64,000 bases of DNA from Octopus sinensis (taxonomy: Eukaryota), in assembly GCF_006345805.1 (NCBI RefSeq), contig NC_043010.1, positions 44,020,001-44,084,000 on the forward strand, written 5' to 3'. The notes under the pieces are model-generated. The model searched no databases and had not been told where the DNA came from. It was given only the letters and a program-made list of their open reading frames with translations. Numbering within the stretch: position 1 is the first letter of the stretch; every line of letters begins with the position of its first letter. The translations under genes were made by a program, and so were the position numbers. Positions 34,478-48,149 of this stretch are shown here, one piece after another.

Positions 34478-35314
34478 TTAATAAGTCGCGAAGTTTTTCG
34501 GTGGGGAGTTTTTCGTTGTTATAATAACCTGTCCACATCACGTACACGCTTTCAGAGTTGTGTGGTGCTTCAGCCACTCGAGGAAAGTCTGTTAAGTAGT
34601 CGAATGCTCGTGTCCAGAATTCCGTTTCTGGAAGGGGAAACCGACGAGGCTGCTTTTTCAGTCACTGTTGATAATGCAGAGATTGTCCACAATGAGGAAT
34701 ACGCCAAGCTTTTGGCCGCTTCGAGAATGCTTTCTTATATTCGGATGCTAGAGTTACCCAACTACGAAGCAAGTTGGATTCCACATGTTAACGGCGTTGT
34801 TTCACCAACTCGATACAGGTTCGCATACGTAATTTATTTGAATGCAGCTCATTGCTGTAACCGTGTACGGACACAGCGTGAAACAAACAGTTACCTTCCG
34901 CTGTAACGTGGACAGGAATATAGGATACCTAATCGGACGTCAGAAGGTACAGCTTGGATTTATCGCCGATCGCGCTCTCGATTTTTAGTGACAAAAAAGA
35001 CTCATCTGACCTAGGCACGTTCTGTAACAAGATCGATTCCCTCACGATGGCAGTTTCTAAAGCGGCGAAGTCTTTCGCGGGTGACAGTCGACGTAGTGAC
35101 TCCTCGTAGTCAAATGTGCTATCCCTACGGCAGCATGAAGCGCACACATAATCATTGACGTTACTTCCCAAACCGGACAACATTGCAGTTGAGAGGTACT
35201 CGCAGTCTTTGTGGTACCATAACCAACATACAAAGCAGAAAACGCTTTCATAACCGCAGCTCCGTATGCAAACACCGCACGAATACTTTGGTGCGCGCTT
35301 GAAGAAGGTACCAT
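34478..35314 (-). pseudogene. Decayed PHD finger + vertnin-like OTU-domain gene (probably transposon cargo)
   Basis: One frame gives CGVC..ESVFCFVCWLWYHKDC..YVCASC (C4HC3; first Cys 35279), a TAG at 34929-34931, then PVHVTAEGNCLFHAVS..ELHSNKLRMRTCIEL (Cys 34889). After frameshifts: AYSSLWTISALSTV..SVSP..NG..RLLNR and SVYVMWT. Confidence 0.7.
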
Positions 35315-36395
35315 GAAGCGAACACCGACGGTATAATCAACTGTTGAAGATACTCGACAAGGACAGCTGAGACGTAAAGCAGAGTGTGCAATACAATCAC
35401 AGGCGACCTGTTTTACAATCGTGAACGCAAAAACAAAGCAATTAAACATTATCTACGGCACGTACAAATCATTTGCTGATAATTTAACAAGTCTACGGCG
35501 TGCACAAGTTGTGACTGATTAGTAAAATTATAATTAATATATCCAGATCACTCCTGGTTGGGACGGATCTTCTCAAGCACCACTTGTTGCTTTCTCACTT
35601 CTGCGAGGTACAGCCTTCACGACCTCATGTCTTTCTTGGTCTTTCACCCTAGCAGATTCCGTCCATTTAGATTGCTTGGCGTTTCTTTATTCAACTGTTA
35701 TCCTTAAAATGTATATCAAGTTTTATACAACTTCTAACACTTAATTTTCCTTTTAGTTAATTTTTGCTGCAGTGTTCATGCACACTGAATACAAAATCAG
35801 AGAGTTACACCTTATCATACTATTCTAAATGCGGCTAGCTTCTTTAACCAGTGCAACTGTGTTCTACAAACACACCTGGCTTTTAGCAAGCGAGCAGATT
35901 CTACGCGTGGTGCTGGTTCTCATATTAAGTCAATTCAAGAATGCAAATGGAAAAAGAAATTCGCAAGTTTTTATGGCTCAATAGAAACATTCCTCATTCT
36001 CTAACAGGTTGGTAAGTTTCAGTTATAAGTTGAAATGTTTTTAAAGACTAATCCATGCTTAAACAGTAAGAGTAGAAAACAAAAATATCAGAAGTCAATT
36101 GTATATTAAAAAGACATCTAATTATTGCTTTCCATACTTACTATATCATGTGACACAACCTAATGGTCACGTGGCCAGTACTATTTAACATGGCTATCGC
36201 ATTTGTGTGAATAGCTTTGTTATTCACTTGAATAAAGCTTCTGCCGGTTAAGAATTTTGTACGACTGTAACTTTATTTGGATAAATACTTTACTGTGGGA
36301 CTTCGTTATTCGGACTTGATCAAATACTTACCAAGCTCATATGTAATTCTCATAGACATTTACAATAATATTTAAGATTGATTTGTGTTTCACAG

Positions 36396-36438
36396 AAAGC
36401 CAGATGGATATGAAGAGAAACGTAAACATAGTGACAAG
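36396..36438 (+). other. Candidate 5'-UTR exon of TMEM230
   Basis: tttgtgtttcacag| 43 nt AAG|gtaaac within a CpG-enriched segment; possible upstream donor TTG|gtaagt at 36011/36012. Splice motifs only. Confidence 0.35.
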
Positions 36439-37949
36439 GTAAACACTTTTTCTTCGTAGGGTGTCCCAGAAACGAAGAAGCGCCTCTCTCTCTATTTCGT
36501 CAAGGGAAAATTAGTTTTACCTTATCTAGCTTTTAACAAATCTGATTGACAGGTATGTGACAGACGAATGAAAAAAAGTTTTCGGTGACGTAGCAGTGTT
36601 GTTAATGATTTTTTTTTTTGTAAGTGTAGCATTATAGTCCCGTATCGAATACTTGTTGATGTCTACCAACACAATGTGTTTAAAGGCGAAGTGGCATTCG
36701 TTTCATTTTCACCGCGTTACAAGGGAGTTTCTACGCGGTCGCACGTCCTGTTCAAAATAGCGACTAAATTCCCTTAAATTATACTCTTAGAAACATTGGA
36801 TAATATAGTCTTAGTCCTAGTTATAGAACTGTAGGGGAGGAGGTAATGTATACGTACACTACCCGTTTTCAGCGTAACCCTAACCCAAAACACCGGGTGT
36901 GCGTTCTTTACTTTCGCCAATGTAGGATAGTCACTGCTGGAAGACCTTTGATTATTTGTTTCTGAATCCGGGATTAACAGCAGCGAACAGTCGGTATCCA
37001 ACCTAAGTCGATACGAAACGAAAATTTCTTATCGCAAAATCTAGCCATTGACACTAACTGGCCCCGCTTGCATCAACACTAAGCAAGTTGTTTGTGATGT
37101 AAATATAAGAAACAAAGTTGATTCCTGTAAAGTTTGAAGTGAAATAAAAATAAATATTCAAAGGCATTTAGTTTGATGCATTTAATCGTTTCGCAAGCTT
37201 TATATCGGATTCATATGTAAGTACTGTGTTGACCAATGCAAAACTTAGTAATTGACGACTGCGATGAATTTTTTTCAACATAACAAAGTTACGTCTCTTC
37301 TCACTATGCTTGTTAATAACTGATGGATTTGCTATAATTGTGGTTTCTACAGATAGAAATAAATATTCCATGAGTTGCAGTTGTTAGTTAATTAATTTGA
37401 TCTAAAATAACAGAACAAAAAACATTGCATCAGAATTATTGTAGTTATTGAAAATACACATACTATTGATTTTAACTGTAAGTCACTATTGATTGTGGAG
37501 ACCAAAAGCATTATAACGTGTCGTATGATAATAGGGTTTATCCAAATATTATGTTCACATGGGATCCATTACGTTTAGAAATCTCAGCTGACGGGTCTAA
37601 CCGATTATGTAAATATAGCGGTTTTATTTGATTCTTTCACCTGCACGATTTTCACTGAGAAAATATAATTTACGAATATAGCTACCTTCAATATACCTAA
37701 TCGTGTGCAATCATATAATAAGTGTGCAGCAGTATTAGCATGTCAGTGATATATGTATGAAAAGCAATATTCATAATTTACTATGATCAAAGTTTCGCAT
37801 CCTGCTAAAACACTCTTAATCTCCGCATGTAGAAACGTGGGGCTTTATGTCCCGGTTAGTCTGTGTCCTCTGAAGAATTCCTTCATTACAGGCTCGATCC
37901 AGTTGTTCCACGTCACCACTACAATTACTTCTTATACTAGGAGAAACAC

Positions 37950-39060
37950 TGCTATTGAAATGGGTATCGTCACCACGTTTACCATCATTCTCACTTGTTT
38001 TAAGTGGCTTGAGTTTAGGCCTGCTTTAGTCTGCATGAACCAAAATTCCAACCCTGATCCTTGTAATCATAGCTATGGTTTCCAATTTGCATCACAAAGT
38101 TTGCTCTATGGAATAGGGTGCATGGAGTTGCTATCCTAACAAAGCAGAACTTTCTACTTGTCCCCGCAAAAAAATGGTGATTAAACAATAGTCTGGGTGA
38201 AAATGATTTAAACTTCTTTTTTCCATGGTGAGAGAATGCCTATAAACCCACAATCCCATTTGACATTTTGTGAGGAATGCAACCAATTTTCTGTAGCCAA
38301 GAACAGGTTACCAAGAAATTTGGAATCCTTACTCAACATTAGGAAATAGGGCACACCATTCTCTGATAAAATTGCTTTTAACTATTTGTTGTATGGTTGA
38401 GCTTTTGCTAGTAAGGACAGGAATACTCTCTAGCCATCCTGAAATGGAATCCCCTGAGACAAGCATCAATCTAATACTTTCAACATGGTTGTACATGAAT
38501 CAAGAGATCAAACTCCTTGAACCCCAAATGAAACCTTTTGAAAATACTTTATCCATGCACATTTTAGACAGGTGGTCCTCAATATTCCATGAATTAGAAA
38601 GGTTGCCATTTAAGATTCAGGCAGTTGATTGTAGCAGTATTTATACAGTGAATATTGTCATGAATGCCTTTAATGATTTATTTCCTAGATATTTCTAGCA
38701 AAATAATGAGATCGATATTGCATAATATTAAGTTTTTCTGAGTTAATGTATTTTAAATAAGCTTATAAGGTCTTTTTGCATTGAAGCAATTACTTCAGAT
38801 ATTCTTTTCTTATTCTGGAATGATTTTGCCCACTATTGGATCATGCAGTGTTTCCAAAGCTAGTTGATTATGACAAATCATCAGTTCCTATCTAATATAG
38901 AATTCGTTTATCATCGTAATCTAGATTAATATCTTTCAATTTAAAATTTAACCTTGAGATTGCATCAACATGAGGAGTGGTATCTCCTTTGACATACGTG
39001 ACATCACAATCAAGTCCCACGAGCTGGATGGCCTCAGTATCCTTGAAAATGTAACCTTTT
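37950..39060 (-). mobile_element. Ty3/Gypsy pol fragment (RNase H end plus decayed integrase)
   Basis: LVGLDCDVTYVKGDTTPHVDAISRL resembles the RNase H terminal motif; integrase-like ILSENGVP trace near 38350-38375. Confidence 0.6.
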
Positions 39061-39958
39061 GAATTCAAGAGATCTATGATGAAATCTAAGTAGGAATTTT
39101 CTACCAAATAAAAAATTGACAGACAGTTTGTAGTCCACACACTTGTTAAAGTTTCTCATATTATTCAAATAATTGTTGTAATAAATACCAGGTTACATTT
39201 TCCTGTTTTGTGTCTGTCATTTAATAACTTTCTGTTTACCACATTGCATTTGTGGGTTCTTACCAAATCTGCTGTTGTAAGGATCTCTTCTAACTTTTAA
39301 ATAAAGCTTAATGTTAATATATGTCAGATACATTCCTTTTTAAATCATAAATAGAAGTTTCTACATGTTGCTTAACTTTGCCTGAAATCATGTTCTGTCT
39401 TAAAAAAGGAATATATTATACACACAACAACTGATAAAAAGACAGAATGATAATAGCTGTTAACATCTTTGACCATATATCTCCTTGATTAAGACTGATC
39501 TGAACCTAAACTCCAGCATCCAGGTTGTGTAATACAGATAAAATTTGTTTTGCATCCGTTTATTACACAGCAGAAACTTTTTTCATTCTGTTCTTTGTAA
39601 GCATTTGAGAGAATTAACATGAAGTTCATACCACCTTATCTTCTTAAGTTTCTTTCCATTTGCATACATTTGTCCTTGTTATTTTGCGTAGGTGGTTTTC
39701 CAACATTTTAACAAGTGCTTAAAATCATTTGCTGTAGAAATGCTTCTATTTTCTACAAAATTCTTCTCTTCCCACATTTACGATTTAATTTTCTAAGTGC
39801 TAAGAAATTTTTTAAATAAATTTTTTCTTTCCAGATTATCAGGAATGAAATATTAACACTGTTGTTTTTGAAGGGAAGGAGAAAATAATAATAATAATAA
39901 TCAAAACATTGAGTAATTGAATTCATTTAAAAAACCCATCATTTCCAAGCTAGGGAAA

Positions 39959-40042
39959 ATGTCCCGTCGCTTCTTCGGTGGAAGTGGGTCAGCTCGGTAC
40001 CAGCGGCTAAGTAAGTCTGATGATGGCTTTGTGGACATGCAG
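39959..40042 (+). CDS. TMEM230: TMEM230 first coding exon (exon acceptor at 39835)
   Basis: AAAATG MSRRFFGGSGSARYQRLSKSDDGFVDMQ|gtaaag; Y.RL...DDG..D.Q is the TMEM230 N-terminal motif; strong acceptor ttttttctttccag| at 39834. Confidence 0.9.
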
Positions 40043-43000
40043 GTAAAGAAACATTATCTTCATTATCATTATCATCATCTTAACACTAGAAAGACAAACC
40101 ATATATTTAAACAACTGATTTTGCAGTTTGTGACTCATTGGAATGTTAACTTTCTGGCTCATGAGTCAAGAATGCAAACTTACATGTAGGCATTTATTCA
40201 GTTAAAGCTTGTTACTATAATTGTCTCACTGCATTCATTGTGATGTATACATTTGGAAAAACATGCAACTCTAATTACTTATATCTGCTTCATTGAAATT
40301 GGTTTCCATGTCTACTTCACAAGTTAAAACAATCATTCCATCTATGTGAAAAATGTTCAAATTTGTAAAACCCATCTTAGCCAAACTAATATGGAAAATG
40401 TTTGTGGCATTATCTCTAAGTAAAAAAAAAAAGTTTTGTGTTATTGCTCTTAAATAATGGCACAAATGTCTCAGTCACATTTCTCCTCTTCAATAAACAT
40501 ATGATTTGTATTCAATTAACATATGATTTGTATTTATGTAAAAAGTTAATATTATAATAGAATGATCTGATATACTTAGATTGGAAACTTTAACATAACA
40601 CCAAGTAATGATTGTATCAGGATACAAGCTAACCTATGAGCCAGGAAGTTGGTACTTTATTCATATAATCCCCCTCCCCCTTGTAATCTAATAATATAGT
40701 GTATGTTAGCAATTATATACTCAAGAGTATTAATATACAGTATTTAGAAATGTGACATGTGACCTTTGTCTCAGAAGAATTCCACCACATTTACCACCTT
40801 ACTCCAATTCTAGATAAAAGTCTGAAATAATTTATATCTTGTGATATTTTCAAATTTCTCTAAATTTCAAAAGAAAATCTGTTGATGCTGACTAGTATTT
40901 AACATTGGCTTGTGTTAAGGTGTATAATTGCACCAAAAAAGTAAATGTTCTTTTAAATATTCTCATTTATCTCATATTGACTAACAATTGAAGTCATTTG
41001 TGCATGTATACAAACATTAGGAAATCATTAGCTATGAGTTTCAAATCATACTTGTGACATAGCTTCACTTTGCTTACCAATCAAACTCAGTATTCTACTA
41101 AAGCATTTCAGAAGTAACAGTTATACCTATTGGGAAGAGATCAGGCATTAAAACTAAGAGAGTACCATTGACTTTAATTTTTTTTTTTTACTGTAATATA
41201 TATTATTTAATATCAATCAGTATCTGTTTCTATATATGATACTCTGCTAATATAATGGAACAGAGCATCAGGGACAAGGCCATAAATATATTACAACTAA
41301 ACACTTTGGTACATAATATTTATATTCTGTTGTGAAGGCTATTACAAAAATACAATAGCATTTGTATGCTTTAATTGGCTAATATAACTGTATTGATCAA
41401 TTGTCAAAGTCAACAAGCTCATGAATTCACTAGAAATAACACTGTGTAACATGATTTTTGTCCTTGGATAGCAACTGTTATTTCCAAATGCTTACTCATA
41501 GAAAGTATGAAAAATAGTTAACATTTCCTCAAAACTTTGCATTTGTTATATTTATTTAAACTCCAGAGAATCCCTCTCAGCTCATGGCTATGATGCTCCC
41601 CAACTACTGCTCATGATCAGAGATGCACATATTGCTAACCACTAAGGGACATGTTCAACTAGTTAAGCTCAAGCGACTGACAAGCAAATCTGTGGCATTG
41701 TGCAGAATATTTGCTATAATGATATTTCTGCTTCAGTAACTCAGAGATGAATCTGTTTGAAATGTAATGCAATAGGTCAGTTTCAAAGCATTGGTGTCCA
41801 GGTCACAAAAGCAGAGTTTAAAGTGAATAGTAGTCATTTCCTTTGATTTTTAGATGGAAGTAAATAGGAAATAACACTTACTGCCCAAAGACAACAAAAA
41901 AAAAAAAAAAGAAAGTTTGCTTTACAGTGTTATTCAGATGAATATATGAGAAGATTCTGTATTTGATATCAAAAGCCAAAAAAATAATCATCATCAGTTG
42001 TATTTGCTTTTATGTGACAGTCCTCTCTTCAAACCCTGTTGTGGTTGAAGAAATATGTTAATAAAATCTCATGAGTTGAAACAATGGTCATATAGACTAG
42101 TTGAAAAGAATGATCTTTGTATTTGCACAAGGACATTCCAGAATGGTGACTACCAAAAGTATTAAATCTTTGAAATACATATCAAAATTACAGTCCATCC
42201 ACAACTGAAACGAAAAAAAAACTGTAAACAGTTTTCTTCACGCAACAAGCTGTATATCTATTTTGTTTCTTTTCTGATGGCAGCTTTTGAAAATGTGTGC
42301 AATACTGCTTTATTTTAGTTTCTCCATTTTTCATTTTAACTAACTTCTGTGTCAATAAACAAAAAAGGAAAAACGCATGTATACTTAAAAAGTTTGCTTT
42401 TGCAACCTAAAGGCTATGATAGTCAATTAAAAATGAAATTGATATTAGTTGATGTTGTAAAATGCAGAGTAGGTAATGAAAGGATTAATGGACAATCTTA
42501 CCTCTCACAATATAGAAACATTTTTCATGGCACCAGCTGACAAAATGGAAAAGGCATTGCCCTGGAGGATAGTGATGGAGATTTGCTGGAACAGCTACTC
42601 TGACTCATGGAGTTCACACTTGCAATCCCTCTTCATGGAAGTTTGGGCAAGTAACTTCTATCATGGCCTAGAGCTGACCAATGCTTTGTAAGTGAAAGTT
42701 GTAAATAAAATTCTGTGCAGAAGTCTGTGTAATGTGTGCATACATGCACATACACACACATATATGATAGATTCTTATAGAGAGCTATGTATGTTATCCT
42801 GGTCATTAAAAAATATTTTTGTTGGCCAACTTTAAACATTGTTTAAACTCATAAAGAACAAATGCAATGTAATGAGCAACTCCTATAAAGCAGATTGTTA
42901 TTTTTTCTCTGTACATTCATTTATCAACTATATATTTTCACTGTAATTAACTGAACCTGATACACAAATGCATCCATTTAAAAATTGGTACCAACCATTG

Positions 43001-43489
43001 TTCATGAAAATCATGGCTCACCTGCCTTTAGTCTAGTCCATGTAGCACCATTTACACAATGGTTTACCCATGTCAAAGAAACTGCTTTAGTTGCATCAAA
43101 TGACAGCTTACCTCCACTCCTCAACCATAGTGAAGGTAACCTGTCTTGGATAGTGGTCATTCTGAACAAATCCAATGGTATGCAAAAGAGGTTTTTGGCC
43201 TTATCATACAGAGATGCAATCTCTGCAAGTTGTGGTAAAGGCAACCCATCTAAGAGAATAGGTACACAATTAAAATTGATAAAGTGAAGAGGAAGCATTT
43301 TAGTCCTGACAGAACTGGTTGCATGGTAATGCACTCAATACTGTAACAAAGTTGACAAGAAGAGGAGTATCCAGCTGTAAAAACCATGTCAAAAGCATAA
43401 TAGTCACACAAACAAACCATCATACTTAGTATTTGTTGATTTGGAGGAGGCTTCTGATAGTGTTCCATTCTCTGTATTCTAGTGAATGC

Positions 43490-44560
43490 AAAGAAACCTG
43501 TTTTAGCGGGATGGCTTGTGAGACATGCAAGCCATGTATAGGTGTTCTCTCAGCTAAGTGAGTTAGCAACAAGCTCTAAAAGAATTTATGGTTCAGGTCA
43601 GTGTTTCATCAGGGTTCATTTCTCATCTCCCCTCCTGTTTATAGTTCTTTTGGCCATGACACTGAAATTCAAGACAATCTAATTCTCTCTCATAGGTGAA
43701 TTAGTCAAAGAAATAGTAAAGTTCCAAATATGTGGGAAGTGCCTAGGATTGGGATATCTAAAATCAGTTTAGTGAAGATGGAAGCTTTAGTTAGCAGAAA
43801 AGAAAACTGAATACTGCAACTAATGAAGAAGTGGCTATACTTGATATGCAGAATGGGAAAAGTTAGGGACACAGTACTGTGTCTCCACTGCAACAATGGG
43901 TAATACAAAAAGTTCAGCTGGATCTGTGTTAGGATGACAGAAGGATTTCACTTACAATAAATGCACAATTTATCAGCAAGAGAACCAAAGAAGTGAAGAC
44001 TTCAACTGCTCAGAAGGCTGTTAGATATAATTGATAGCTTCTGTGAATCAAGTAAACTGATCAGTCGAGGAATTGGGTATTTTGAAGGCATAGTAGCCAG
44101 AGAAAGGATAGGGTTGAAAAATTTCAGGGAGTTATTACCTTTCATGGGGATAAAGAGCTTCTTTCTTTGGGACAGACTGCATAATGCTTATGTTCATAGC
44201 GAGCTATTGCATGGTAACAAGGCATAGTTACTGAATGTGGAGGGTATGCAAAAGCTGGAATGATATAAGGCAAGCATGCTCTGCTGCATATGAAATATGA
44301 ACATGCATGAATGATGGGAAACAAATGTGCTTAGAGAAAACTGGGCTTTAGAAGTATTGGCTGTTGTGTTCTGGAGAGAAGACTTTGCTGATATGGTTGG
44401 GTGTAAAAAATCATACAGTGCAAGTTGAAGAAACTCATGGAAGAGGAATATTGAAGAAGGTGTGGGGAGAAGCGATGTGGTCTGATCTTAGGATGCTGGA
44501 CCTCACAAAGATGATGATGAATGACTGCAACAAGTGAAGAGATGCTGGGTTGAGACAAAC
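43490..44560 (+). mobile_element. Degenerate RTE-clade LINE 3' half
   Basis: Decayed RT motif (VFHQGSFLI.PLLFI) and similarity to the better-preserved RTE piece at 46735-47035. Confidence 0.55.
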
Positions 44561-46734
44561 CAGTTCAACCTATGTCAGAAAAGTAAGGTAAAAATTATGT
44601 GTGTATTAGTAAAATGATGTATACTTAGGTGTTGAGTTAGATCTCTCTGTGCCAGTGAGGAATTATTAAATAAATAGAGAGAGATAAAATATGTACTAAA
44701 CTAAGTAGTGGTGATATAATTGATTAAAAACATTTCACTCAGTGCCCCAGCATGACCACACTCCAAAGTACTAAAATTAATAAAAGAATAAAAGTATACA
44801 TTAAATATTTTGTTTTCCTTTAAAAGCTAGTTCAAATAGTCCAGCATTTGCAAAACATCTTTATTTTACTTAATGTTTCTCATAGAACTGACAAAGGGTG
44901 GTGGATTGGCAAAATAATTTGTCAGAAGAAATTTTTCGTATTTCTTTTGGCTCTTAGCTTGTCTTAAGTATGCCACAGATTGGTTATTGTATTCATATCT
45001 ATATGTTCCAATCGCTGATTCAGATTTGCATCTTCAAACGATTTTACTAGAGTGCTTGTTTAAAATCTTAAATGTAAAATTAATCAAACAATGACATTGA
45101 TTTGAATGTAGAAAAGCTAGTCAGAATTAATCCAAGTCACACATCAAGTTGTATCAGTAAGCTATTTTCTTGAGTTGCTATATTTAAATTATAGTCAACT
45201 AAAGTCATATCTTATTTTATCAAACTTTGGTAAGATAATAGTCAATGTTGATGTGATTTGAACTCAGAATTGTGTAACAATAAATGAAATTATAAAACTT
45301 TCAATTCAGCACTCTACTGACTTGGGCTTTATTATAATATCATATAAATATTATTTATTATGAGTAACAACAACTTCAATTACACATTAATTGTAAATTA
45401 CTTTAGTTTCTCTCCCCTTAGTAAGTATCTTCTCATATCTTTGATTTTTGCTGATTACAGAAAATCTGTATAATACTAACAATGTGTTTTTCAATAAAAG
45501 AAAATATTAAATTCATACAAACTGTTTTTAGCCAATCCTATATTGGGTTATGTGCAGATGATTTCCATCACTGTTGAGCAATCTGTATATGAGACAAATG
45601 GTACATATCAATGTTCAAACCTACTGCTTTTTAGAAATTGGCCTTGACTCTCAAAAGAGGAAATAATAGCCACTTGAATTCAAAGTCAAGATTTCTGGAG
45701 GCCTTCTCCTCACTCATTTTTAGAACCATCATTGCTGTTGTCAGTGATATTTCATCTGGCTCTGTTTGAATTCCAGGAATTCTGGGTGCCACTTAAAAAC
45801 CACTGCTGATGGTGCCACATAAAATGTACTGGTGATGAAGCCATGAAAAAAGCACCCAGTACACTCTGTGGAGTGGTTGGTATTGGGAAGTGCATCCAGC
45901 TATAAAAACCAAGCCAAAACAGACTATGGAACCTGATGCAGCCCCTTGGCCTGGCCAGCATGGTAAATGGATATTAAATGTTGATGAATGAAGTTGTAAT
46001 TCTCTTCAATCTTTACATTGAAGAAACAAAGAAAAAGACTATATTTCACAGTGTCTTGAATTAATAGAGAAAACACATTACTAAAGCTGAACAAATTGAT
46101 TAAAGAATGTATATGAATATGTGGCAGTATATGCTTGAAGACAATGTACTGTGATGGAAAAGGAACTGAAAACATATTTCATCAGATGAAAATAGAGTTA
46201 AAATGGATAAACATGTAAATGAAATGTTGAAGAAATTCACTCACAAATATCTCAGAAATTATATTTTAAATGAATTTTAAAAATATGGGTAAGTTAGAAA
46301 TCCAGTTGAAACAGTTTCTCTGCATTGAAAACTGTAGCATAGTAAAGGAAAGTATTAAAAATTAAGAAAATGTACTTATAGTTATTTTGAATATGCTTTA
46401 ATTCAAGTTAATAGAAATAAAATTTTACATTATTAAAAAGCAACATCATCATTATCATTGTTTAATGTCTGCTTTCCATGCTGGCATGGGTTGGATGGTT
46501 TGATTGAGGACCAGAATCAATCTGTTTAATGTCTGATTTCCATGCTGGCATGGGTTGGATGGTTTGATTGAGGACTGGTTTGATTGAGGACCAGAATCAA
46601 TCTGGTCTGGCAAAGTTTCTACAGCTGGATGCCCTTCCCAATGCCAGCCACTCCAAGAGTGTAATGGATGCTTTTTACGTGCCACCAGCATGAGGGCCAG
46701 TCAGGTGGTTCTGGCAATGAATACGCTCATGCTC

Positions 46735-47035
46735 AAATCCAACTTTTCTCTCAGGGTGCTTACACTCTGACGTGTATGCACACTGACATTACACGTCCAG
46801 CGGAGCATACTGGCTTCATTCCTTGCGAACTTACCCATGTCCTCAGCAGTCACAGCCCATGTTTCACTGCCATGTAGCATGGCAGTTTGCACACATGCAT
46901 CATACAGTCTACCTTTTACTCTGAGCGTGAGACCCTTTGTCACCAGCAGAAGTAGGAACTCTCTGAACTTTGCCCAGGCTATTCTTATTCTAACAGCTAC
47001 ACTTTCAGAGCATCCACCCCAGCTACTGACTTGGT
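46735..47035 (-). mobile_element. RTE-clade LINE fragment
   Basis: RIAWAKFREFLLLVTKGLTLRVKGRLYDACVQTAMLHGSETWAV..EASMLRWTC..LREKL. Confidence 0.8.
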
Positions 47036-48149
47036 CTGGTTACTTCTGTAAAGTAAGGGAAATATTTTGAAAAATGTTTTAAATTAGAAAACTTCTTACC
47101 ATATAATTCAGTCAGTATCTCAATTTTACATGTATTATGCATTTATACCCTCAGTTTTAAGTCAAGAGCCAGCATAACTTTACAAACCATAGTTCCATGC
47201 TAAAACTTTTTAAAGTTTAACTAATATAGTTCCAGGTTCAGTCCCACTTATACTATAGTCTTGGGCTGCCCAAAGCTTTGGGAGTGAATTTGGTAGACAA
47301 AAACTGAAAGAAGCCTGTTGTGCATGAGTGTGTTCTGTGTATCTGTCTTTGTCCCCCACCACTGCTTGTCAACCATCATTGGTGTGTTTACATCCCTGAT
47401 AGAATAAGTACCAGACTTAAAATAAAAATAAGTACTGAAGTTGATTCATTTGACTAAAATTCTTCAAAGTTGGTGCCCCAGTATGGCCACAGTCTGATGA
47501 CTGAAACAAGTAAGAGATAAAAGATTTGGGATATTTTATGATTTTCAGTGTCAAGTTATTCGTAGAAACAGTTTCAGATCTGGTTTCTGTCAACGAAGTA
47601 TGAGAAACGAGCTAGAATAAGAGCATACGTGCGCACGCACACACACAACTTGATTTTTAAGATTAGGCTAGGTTTCTTCAAGGAATGTATTTCTAAATAT
47701 TGAATATAAACATGGTCATTGTATAGATAATGTATGAAGAAAAATGTGTGCCTTGGGAAGTTGTAAATTCAAAGATTAGCCAAAGACTTACTTTTTTTGT
47801 TTATTTCTAACTATCCAGTGACTTTGTATACTAAGATTTCTCAATCTTCAATAATCTTTCTCAAAAGCCATACTGAAAATTTTTATTCAACCTGTTGCTC
47901 CCTATTATTTAGTGTTTAGTCTGAGCCTCTTCTACAGCTGCCATTACACACTTTGCATTGTAGAACACTCTACTACCATCTAAATTGTCTTCCTAAATCC
48001 TGTACAAAACATTACATGCAAACCAACAAGGGAGCCTCTCTGTGGTCACTGGACCTACTGGAAATAGCAACCAAATCTCCATAAAAATCACACTTTACTG
48101 TCTTAAAAAATGAATCATCCTGCTCGCAGTTATATCATGGTTGGAATGA

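Noticed and set aside
34562-34906. 114-aa plus-strand ORF
   Set aside because: Antisense shadow of the OTU-like relic on the minus strand.
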